Shown: piece by piece, positions 57,901 through 64,000 of the stretch | How positions within the stretch are numbered: the first letter of the stretch is position 1 | Layout: each line of letters starts with the position of its first letter | Assembly: GCA_027008775.1 (NCBI GenBank) | Contig: JALVDV010000010.1 | Coordinates: forward strand, 96,529 to 160,528 | From: Candidatus Moraniibacteriota bacterium | GTDB taxonomy: Bacteria; Patescibacteriota; Minisyncoccia; Moranbacterales; DUUL01 | Reading direction: 5' to 3' | Length of the DNA: 64,000 bases | The notes under the pieces: model-generated | What the model saw: only the letters and a program-made list of their open reading frames with translations | What the model was told of the DNA's origin: nothing | Databases searched by the model: none | Program-made: the position numbers and the translations under genes

Positions 57901-58236
57901 TTGAAGTTTGTCCGGACTAAGATTGATGTCAACCGATTGAAACTTGTAGTATTGAAAACAATCTACTAAACCACTTTCACTTTTCTTTCTTTGTTCTTTT
58001 TTTAGAAAATGATTTTGGGGTGAAGAGACTTCTCCTTCAGCTGTTTTATTGCCAGAAAAATTACTTGTTCCCGATTTCCCGTTGGTAACTGTCGCTTGAG
58101 TTGTTCCTTCCGGCCCAGCCCATTCTAAGGGTAAGGCGGAATCAGAAGTGGCTAAAGCCTGCCCTATTCCCGTCAACCAGACAATTAAAAACACTGGCAA
58201 GAACAATAAAACTGATTTTGTGAATAGTTTGCGCAT
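54994..58236 (-). CDS. Large secreted protein (1080-aa ORF), probably two fused genes: a sortase-substrate domain followed by a signal peptide and a Cys-rich C-terminal domain
   Basis: It has an N-terminal signal peptide. An internal segment reads SGQQTGLAGS, a hydrophobic stretch, then LLLKK. This is followed at once by MKNYFTIIFLLLFSGGLLVIASG, which looks like a signal peptide. The junction sits on an A7 homopolymer at 56751-56757. Confidence 0.55.
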   Translation of the reverse strand: MRKLFTKSVLLFLPVFLIVWLTGIGQALATSDSALPLEWAGPEGTTQATVTNGKSGTSNFSGNKTAEGEVSSPQNHFLKKEQRKKSESGLVDCFQYYKFQSVDINLSPDKLQYQPEEKVTFQGKLTNKNRYPIFDGNLFVRISKVSDKFDQQGNDIVDEFIAKKNLVLDKNSSQKVAFKWAIPTNLAEGRYRADFFFSVGKKFNLAGLPFTNEIVGGSSEFTVSSTIKNNIHFQREATKVNGEKYNHIGNWPKVAPETKVVIEQTLVNPLGHEVKAKLSQKLYFWDALNEKDLVDNQEKEIVLPANSQKTVTYTIPSANKSVYYLQTIAETEGTKTIINTRVVTEGINWGRLNYPGLTKFPLKKGETADLFTCFHNTNKDRFVGTVEVKLTDKEGHLVTRVFRQGNITGAMQAVKKSFPAKKDYDYLKLTAQLKDSSGMLMDQYSVELDRKLLKSKSGQQTGLAGSKNIGKNTITVILIVLGAVLIIILVLLLKKMKNYFTIIFLLLFSGGLLVIASGKPALAYSGSVASTINHFHIRYYSNLVKEQKPAYYYIAHNIVTVTHKINGQSVLSCNGNATYRYQPELFFTSAGDVYDTPFGKFCDNYRNASCFGGNIKHPDYGNSLEIQGAFPYNKGYIYWTAKKPNVYLTSSDNSILKCNGLICQAQPGKSGKVRVTAHIGETQAKIWSLISSLRNIGIPRNPAINYESTSIEHFKDSGEKVLVICGDGVWREYTAYQTARDLNALQSWDPEKKEGTVKVHWWSPSDDFFNLAQKAINDQPIILPARRLSWEVTVDNCNADGVCNPGASRNNYPSTAVTPSKPLCSTGQPLPTNPEFVNGVANWQCLGRGTGKNAECHASQRVDCGPASDGTYGTHELNENSEGLCQPANAVVSNFTDQSEYEGGYSWQCSLNGQTTTCRAKSKAACNDDPTSSPYKSLTDACRFGNFNSLAFIDGKYVWRCGTAGESNRHIGSFTDTNINYGNLVPKDYYDLAGGDENCECVPKFDYSCITINPGACNGHCGERVIITKQARKHDKKCFPNNAPYIQVSEKEYKSATGKSCHNEVKQCPPCRPHTFRETY

Positions 58237-58298
58237 TGATTTTTTTAATTTTTTATTTGTTTAGATAAATAAGGCACCAAACAAAATCTTCTTACCCC

Positions 58299-60053
58299 CT
58301 AAACCACCCCTTTTTTCTTCATAAAGGCCAAGATACCAACGGTGATTAAGGTAGAGAAGAGAACCAAGAGAACAATGTTGGTGGCCAAACCGGTCTTGGG
58401 AGCGGAGCGACGGTAACCAAAGTCAGCCTTGGTGTGTTCGTCTTTTTCTTTGAGTTTAACAGAGGTTTGGTTGTCCAGTTTACCATCGGGGTCGTAGGTT
58501 GGAATTAGATTCTCAACATCTTTAACTACCACCCGATAATGTCCGGAGCAAAGATTCTTAATCTTGTAACGACCATGTTTGTCAGTGGTGTCACAGTATT
58601 TCTTGTTACCGCGAAAAGCGCAGACTTTAACATCAGAAATTCCTTCTTCAATATCTTCTTGAATACCGTTACCATTGGTGTCATACCAAATATAGTTGCC
58701 AATGGAAGATTGACAATCTTCTTCCTCTTCTTTTCTTTCTTCTTTGAGTTTGACGGTAACCTGATCAGAGTCGGTAATGGTTTTGGAACCAAGCTTGGCG
58801 GTAACCGTTACTTTGTTGGTGGTATCTTGGTTGATGACCACTGACTTGGTACAACTCATAGCTTCGCCAACATTCAAAGAAGTCTGGGGACAGGTGATGG
58901 TTCCCAATTGATCATCTTGAACTTGAATGTTGGTTAGTTTAGTGTCGCCGGTGTTAGTGATACGATAAGTGTAAGTGACTGTTTCTCCTTTTTTTACTTC
59001 AGTGGCGGAAGCGCTTTTTTCAACTCTAACGCCGGTGTTTTCTTTTTGACAAACACTACTGCAACCATCGCCACTGACAGTGTTGCCGTCATCGCATTCT
59101 TCGGAGTCTTGTTTAAGGCCGTCTCCGCATTTACCTCCTTGAACAACTACGTTTTTACAGTCACTGGAACAATAGGTACAAGAACTGTTGTAAGCCGGGG
59201 TACAAGTTTGGCCGTTGTTAGCGCCTTCATCGCATTGTTCGCCACTTTCTTTGGTGCCATTACCACAGTTGGGAGAAGGAGAAGTTTCTTTTTGACAAAC
59301 ACTACTACAACCATCGCCACTGACAGTGTTGCCGTCATCGCATTCTTCTCCGTCTTCCAAAACTCCGTTACCACATTGGGGAGAAGGAGTTTCATTAACT
59401 TTCTCCAAAAGCATACAAACGGGCTCAAAGCCGTGTTTGAACTTTACTCCCTTGGGTCCGGCGTGGACCACTTTGATTTGGCGCAAAGGAGAAGTTATTT
59501 GCAGAGCAGAGGAACCATAGTTAACAGCAGTGATTTTACCGGCTTCTTCCACGCCATCGGGCAGGTCTTCCGTTGTGCCGGAACGAACTCCGTTAAAGTC
59601 TATGTAGTACTGTTCGTGAGATTCATCAGCCGGGTTGGCTTGACTGCGACCGACATAGCTGTCAAAGGATTCCAGATAAACGTTGTACTTGCCGGCGGGG
59701 ATGGAGATTCCAGAAACAGTCTTTTCCCTGGGGAAATTGTGACCGTTTAAAACTCCGCCGTCGGAAACCATAATGTCACCATTGTACTTGATAAGGATAT
59801 CCCCTTGTTTCTTGGTTTGCAGATGACAAACTCCGGAACAGTGATTGGCCAGATAAGTGGTGGTTTGGCGAAGGTTTTGGTTGAGAGAAGCAATCTTCTG
59901 GTTTTGCGACTGAAGGAGAACAGCGCCGAAAGCCAACAAAACAATCAGTAATAAAAAGATTCCTCCCACCAAGAGAGGCTTACGCCAAGACCATTGGTAA
60001 CGAGAAGAACGGCGAGATCTTCTTGGACCACTGCTTTTTTTTCTTTGCACCAT
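58299..60053 (-). CDS. Surface protein with Cys-rich repeats, DUF11, SdrD-B-like domain and C-terminal sorting signal (copy B)
   Basis: Starting from MVQRKK it is 584 aa and about 99% identical to copy A, with one D/N difference seen. Confidence 0.7.
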   Translation of the reverse strand: MVQRKKSSGPRRSRRSSRYQWSWRKPLLVGGIFLLLIVLLAFGAVLLQSQNQKIASLNQNLRQTTTYLANHCSGVCHLQTKKQGDILIKYNGDIMVSDGGVLNGHNFPREKTVSGISIPAGKYNVYLESFDSYVGRSQANPADESHEQYYIDFNGVRSGTTEDLPDGVEEAGKITAVNYGSSALQITSPLRQIKVVHAGPKGVKFKHGFEPVCMLLEKVNETPSPQCGNGVLEDGEECDDGNTVSGDGCSSVCQKETSPSPNCGNGTKESGEQCDEGANNGQTCTPAYNSSCTYCSSDCKNVVVQGGKCGDGLKQDSEECDDGNTVSGDGCSSVCQKENTGVRVEKSASATEVKKGETVTYTYRITNTGDTKLTNIQVQDDQLGTITCPQTSLNVGEAMSCTKSVVINQDTTNKVTVTAKLGSKTITDSDQVTVKLKEERKEEEEDCQSSIGNYIWYDTNGNGIQEDIEEGISDVKVCAFRGNKKYCDTTDKHGRYKIKNLCSGHYRVVVKDVENLIPTYDPDGKLDNQTSVKLKEKDEHTKADFGYRRSAPKTGLATNIVLLVLFSTLITVGILAFMKKKGVV

Positions 60054-60140
60054 GCTATTTGTTTTTATTTTTTTAAGGAAAAGCAAAAAGACAATTATTT
60101 CTTCGCTTAGATTGTAACACAAAAGGGAATTGGGGGCAAT
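58303..60140 (-). repeat. 1.84-kb direct repeat, copy B
   Basis: It is near-identical to 36654..38490 with one homopolymer indel. The upstream non-coding part is more diverged than the coding part. Confidence 0.95.
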
Positions 60141-60387
60141 TGATCGCATCAAAAAGCATCATTGATAAATCATTGGAAATGACGCCAAGATTCGGATAAA
60201 ATATGCTATTTTATTTTTTATTTTGCGCGTTCTTGGTCTGAGATATTCGTTTTATATTTTACAAATATTTACGGTTATTTTATTTTTTCTGAAACACAAA
60301 CAAATGCTCATGCATAATCAGAAGAAAGTTATATTTCTTGGACCGCTCCACCCAAAACCCAGTCGCTTGGCAATATCAGTTTCGTAA

Positions 60388-60825
60388 TTATACTTCTTCG
60401 CTTTGAATTGTTTTTAATTTTTTCCAATTAATTTCTTCCACATTTTTGTTTTTGTCAACAAAAAAGATATACAAGCACAATCTTCTTAAAACATTAAATG
60501 GAGTTTTCTTGATAACCATATCGCGAAAATATGTAGAAAATGCCAGCCCGTATTTATAGCCATGATAACAATCACGATATCTTTCATTTCTGTTAGAATA
60601 CATTCGCGTGATAATTTGCCCCATCGCTGAATTAAAACTGCTACTCCTACTGCCAGAAGGACTTTGTACTTTACTAGACGGATCACCTTTTACTTCAATA
60701 AGCCAATATCTTGGATATTTATCATTTTTAACTTTTATATCCACGCCCTGCTCCCACAAATTCGCCGCTTTTAATGATGTGCCCCATCCTTTTTCTTTTA
60801 AATATTCACACCGCTTCTTGCACAA
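60388..60825 (-). CDS. Small PD-(D/E)xK nuclease-fold protein (putative)
   Basis: VDIKVKND…WLIEVKG fits a D…E-x-K catalytic motif. Confidence 0.35.
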   Translation of the reverse strand: MCKKRCEYLKEKGWGTSLKAANLWEQGVDIKVKNDKYPRYWLIEVKGDPSSKVQSPSGSRSSSFNSAMGQIITRMYSNRNERYRDCYHGYKYGLAFSTYFRDMVIKKTPFNVLRRLCLYIFFVDKNKNVEEINWKKLKTIQSEEV

Positions 60826-60886
60826 AATCTTCCGTTAAAATTGTTCGTTTTTGGTTTGATTGTGATAGCGTAATAATATTTTATTA

Positions 60887-61861
60887 CTATTTTTCTGAAC
60901 TAATTTTTATATATTTTCCAAATTTATCAATTTTTACATCACGATTTTTTTTATAATTACATTTTTTAAAATATCTTATCATCCTTTTTAAATAATTCAC
61001 ATCTTTGGCAACGAAACAATTATAACTATTTTCTACTATAAGTTGATTGATACTTTTAATCGCGTTTTTACCTTCTTTTTTATAAATTTCTATAGGTGAT
61101 TTTATTTTTGGTATTATTACAAGATGCAAATCGGGTCTCAAAGGAAAATGTACAACACCATCCAAAGATGAAAGTCCTACACTTCTATTGTTTTTAGAAT
61201 AAACAAAACAAGGATTATCGGATGTTATCATCGACATTTTCTTGGGAGGCACTATAAAAATCCATTGATTTTCAAATAACTTTTTTGCTATTTCATTAAG
61301 TTTAAATAACCACTTTGAATGCCCCGTGTTTGTTAATTTAATAACATAGCCATCATTTTGAATTGCCTCAAATAATTGTTTTTTTGCTTCTATTTTAGGT
61401 AAAGCATTTATCTTTTTTATCGCTTTTTTCTCGTCTTCATTTATCGCCTGTTTTTCATCTGGTATAATAATTTTATCTACTGACGAAAACTTATCTCTAA
61501 GTCCTATCTTTATAATGGTATCTATAACACTATTTATTTCACTTCTGTGCTTTGGAGTTCTTATGTATTGAAGAGCAACATAAAAAGCAATTGCACTTCG
61601 CTCGTATCCATTTAATTGCTTGCCATAATTAATATCTTTAATAGTTTTAATACCTTTTGCATCAATATATGCAGTAAATTTTTCAGGTAAATATTTATCA
61701 TTAACATCATCCAATATATTAAAATCTTTTATAGAAAAACCTGGCCAACCTGCACCCCTTCTTTTAATTTTGTCTTCCTCTGTGCTATAAATATTTAATT
61801 GATTATCATCACAATACCATTGTTTTAAATATTCCTTTTGTACAATATGATGTTTCGGCAT
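60887..61861 (-). CDS. DUF4238-family protein
   Basis: The N-terminal HHIVQKEYLKQW matches the DUF4238 H(Y/H)(V/I)PQxYL(K/R)xF motif. The start was taken at the internal ATG (MPKHH). Confidence 0.55.
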   Translation of the reverse strand: MPKHHIVQKEYLKQWYCDDNQLNIYSTEEDKIKRRGAGWPGFSIKDFNILDDVNDKYLPEKFTAYIDAKGIKTIKDINYGKQLNGYERSAIAFYVALQYIRTPKHRSEINSVIDTIIKIGLRDKFSSVDKIIIPDEKQAINEDEKKAIKKINALPKIEAKKQLFEAIQNDGYVIKLTNTGHSKWLFKLNEIAKKLFENQWIFIVPPKKMSMITSDNPCFVYSKNNRSVGLSSLDGVVHFPLRPDLHLVIIPKIKSPIEIYKKEGKNAIKSINQLIVENSYNCFVAKDVNYLKRMIRYFKKCNYKKNRDVKIDKFGKYIKISSEK

Positions 61862-61966
61862 AATATTTTCATCATCAAACAAACAACCCCTGCATCAAAC
61901 CTTTTTCCCAGGTTTGGACTTTGGTTATTTGATCTTGTTTTAATTGTATCATTTTATCAATAGAAT

Positions 61967-62956
61967 TCAGGAGGTCTGCGATTTTTTGTTGTTAGAGTGT
62001 TGAAATTTTATATCAATTTCTGCTGCCATATCTCTCAATTCTGAAAAAGAATTATCCAACGATTCTACATAAACATCAAGATTAAATGGATCAACATCTT
62101 TATCCATTGACACCATCTTTTCCATTCTTTTCAATAATTCGTCTATCTTTTTTATTTCTTCAACAATTCCTGGAATAGCTATTCCATGCTTATTTAATGT
62201 TTTGATGTTATACCTGTCCTTAACGCCTTTTTTAAAATCCTCATATATTTTACACAACGTTTCAAAAGAAGTTTTAGAGATATGACGATTGTCCTCAAAT
62301 GACCATAATTTTTGTATTAAATAGCCAGATTGTGCAAGCTTTTCTACTAAACTGTCATATTTAAACTTTTCTTTGTGTTTATTTTCAATTTCATTTAGCT
62401 TTTTTATGATTCTATCCATTTCTATACTTAATACACTAGATTGTTTATTTATTATTTCTATAATATTTATCTTTTTATTAACAAAATTATTATGCGACCA
62501 TACTTGATATTCTAAAATATTTGTATTTTCAGCTGTACTTAATGATGTATATGTAATATTTCCATCTTTATAAGAAATGTCTTTACTTCTTTTTTTCTTT
62601 GTTTCCGATGGATGTCCAATTGTTTCATTTCTTATATTTCGTATTTTTTTAAGTTCCGGAAAACTTTCAAATTTTGGCACCTTGATATCAATAGCCCTTT
62701 CCAAATGCACTATTGAATCCTGTTGTACAATTAGTGCTTGTAATATTCCATATATAGATAATTTTGTATGATATTTTTGCTCTATATATTCTTCTATTGC
62801 TGATTGAGCATCTTGAATATTATCAAAAGCAGACCATAATTTGCTCCAATTACCTTTATCTTTCTTATTCCAAGCTCTTTGCTTACAACAAAAAGATGTG
62901 TAAATAATCTTTTTTAATTTATCAATTTTTGTTCTTAAATTATAGTTATCATTCAT
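61967..62956 (-). CDS. Hypothetical protein with a possible HEPN-like Rx5H motif
   Basis: IRNIRNETIGHPSE contains R-x5-H. There are no other recognisable domains. Confidence 0.35.
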   Translation of the reverse strand: MNDNYNLRTKIDKLKKIIYTSFCCKQRAWNKKDKGNWSKLWSAFDNIQDAQSAIEEYIEQKYHTKLSIYGILQALIVQQDSIVHLERAIDIKVPKFESFPELKKIRNIRNETIGHPSETKKKRSKDISYKDGNITYTSLSTAENTNILEYQVWSHNNFVNKKINIIEIINKQSSVLSIEMDRIIKKLNEIENKHKEKFKYDSLVEKLAQSGYLIQKLWSFEDNRHISKTSFETLCKIYEDFKKGVKDRYNIKTLNKHGIAIPGIVEEIKKIDELLKRMEKMVSMDKDVDPFNLDVYVESLDNSFSELRDMAAEIDIKFQHSNNKKSQTS

Positions 62957-63035
62957 AGTATTTTTTTACACAAACAACCCCTGCATCAGTCCTCTTTTCC
63001 ACTCCTGCATTTTTTGGATTTGGGCGTCAACTGAC

Positions 63036-63506
63036 TCAATGCTTACTTTTCACCCCTTCAAACTCTACACCCACAAAACCCTCCCAGCCCAAAACTATTT
63101 CTTCATTCTTGTACTGTTGGGCGATTTTCTTTATGGCGTCATTTTTGCTTTTTGCCTTGACATCAACAACTCTCTGCAATGTTTCCGTGATTTCTATTTT
63201 GTATTTCTTGGTAGATTTCAAAACAACATCGTCCGCATCCTTATTCTTAATTTTTTCCAAAAATCCTTTAGCCATAAGTTGCAATGTTTCTTCGTCTAAG
63301 TTTTGTAAATTTTCCCATAATTCAAATGTTTGATAAGTGTCATCATTTACAATGTTTCGCCATTCTTTCGGTTCAATTTCCATAAAATCATTATCTTCTG
63401 AAAATTCTTTACACATTATTGAAAACGGAAAATAAAAATCTTTATGCTCATCTAAATATCTTAGAATTTTAATAGCCAAATTCCTATTGATTTTCATAGC
63501 ACACAA
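63036..63506 (-). CDS. Hypothetical protein
   Basis: An ORF is present but no motif was recognised. Confidence 0.35.
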   Translation of the reverse strand: MCAMKINRNLAIKILRYLDEHKDFYFPFSIMCKEFSEDNDFMEIEPKEWRNIVNDDTYQTFELWENLQNLDEETLQLMAKGFLEKIKNKDADDVVLKSTKKYKIEITETLQRVVDVKAKSKNDAIKKIAQQYKNEEIVLGWEGFVGVEFEGVKSKH

Positions 63507-63550
63507 AGTTAAATTTTATGCTTTCATTATTGATCACTATGAAAAACAGA

Positions 63551-64000
63551 TCAAGCCAATTTGTATTTACCTCCGCCCAGAAATTCCAAATAATTTTTAT
63601 CTCGCAATAATTGCAACTGTTGTCTGATTTTATCCTTAATATGTTTGTTGTTTGGATATTTTTTGCTTAAAGCATTTTCAAAATTATACAATTCTCGCAA
63701 AGTAAATTCCGATTTTCCCAAACTATCAATACACTTCATTATGTCCAAAATCCAACCGCGCAAATTTGACTTTTTTTCTTCCCGTAGAAACAAAGTTTTC
63801 CGCCAATTTTTCAAAACCGTTTCTTTCGGTTTTTCTCGGCGGTTTTTGACATAAAAAATTTTTCCACTTTCCGGAATACCCGACAGATCAATACTGCACA
63901 TTATATAGTTTGGTCTACCGGGAATACCGTTTTTTCTAGGAATAATAATCTCCGGCACAAAAAAATGTTTCGGAATAACAATAAAATTGGTAACTTCATA
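63551..64000 (-). CDS. DpnI-like (methyl-directed, GmATC-type) restriction endonuclease, 5'-partial with the N-terminus beyond the window end
   Basis: The reading frame stays open to the window edge. The C-terminal winged helix …CSIDLSGIPESGKIF…RGWILDIMKCID…EFTL…KIRQQLQLLRDKNYLEFLGGGKYK matches the DpnI/Dam-replacing family as I remember it. Confidence 0.55.
   Translation of the reverse strand, partial: YEVTNFIVIPKHFFVPEIIIPRKNGIPGRPNYIMCSIDLSGIPESGKIFYVKNRREKPKETVLKNWRKTLFLREEKKSNLRGWILDIMKCIDSLGKSEFTLRELYNFENALSKKYPNNKHIKDKIRQQLQLLRDKNYLEFLGGGKYKLA

Noticed and set aside
60054-60152. 33-aa N-terminal extension on copy B of the duplicated gene (MMRSIAPNSLL…)
   Set aside because: Copy A starts at the internal MVQRKK, the identity between copies begins there, and the upstream ATG lies in the diverged promoter region.

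Overview
This 64-kb window looks like a low-GC, small-genome bacterium with Patescibacteria/CPR-like traits. The tRNA genes lack an encoded CCA, several ribosomal and housekeeping proteins carry Lys/Glu-rich tails, housekeeping genes are scattered, and there are many secreted repeat proteins. Most of the window is a housekeeping backbone: tmRNA, infC-rpmI-rplT, five tRNAs, rpmE, prfA, secF, rsmI, smc, secD, rpsP, clpP, tig, nusA, recA, a RodZ-like protein, recO, trpS, hup, rny, gpmI, fba, tpiA, secA, rnhA, parAB, rplL/rplJ, rpmB, truB and pepA. Four non-housekeeping features stand out. (1) A cluster of secreted-protein genes at 42.7-45.9 kb contains a strongly GC-shifted PEP-CTERM protein gene and a tail-fibre-like protein with a C-terminal S74 intramolecular-chaperone domain. 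A second GC-shifted gene for a Pro-rich secreted protein lies at 48.5-49.0 kb. Both GC-rich bodies are fused to AT-rich native-looking signal peptides and are driven by exact TTGACA-N17-TACAAT promoters. (2) A 1.84-kb direct repeat is present in two ~99% identical copies, covering a 584-aa surface protein gene plus its promoter. The protein carries a non-canonical sortase-type 'TGLA' sorting signal. The same signal sits in the middle of an adjacent 1080-aa ORF that is probably two genes fused at an A7 homopolymer. (3) The last 3.8 kb is a very AT-rich defence-like island with a DpnI-like restriction endonuclease (5'-partial), a DUF4238 protein, a protein with an Rx5H motif, and a small PD-(D/E)xK protein. 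It begins exactly where the second repeat copy ends. (4) Two tandem small paralogous genes (4.2-5.1 kb) each have a near-perfect SD and their own terminator. All protein identifications come from motif recognition by eye and nothing was searched.
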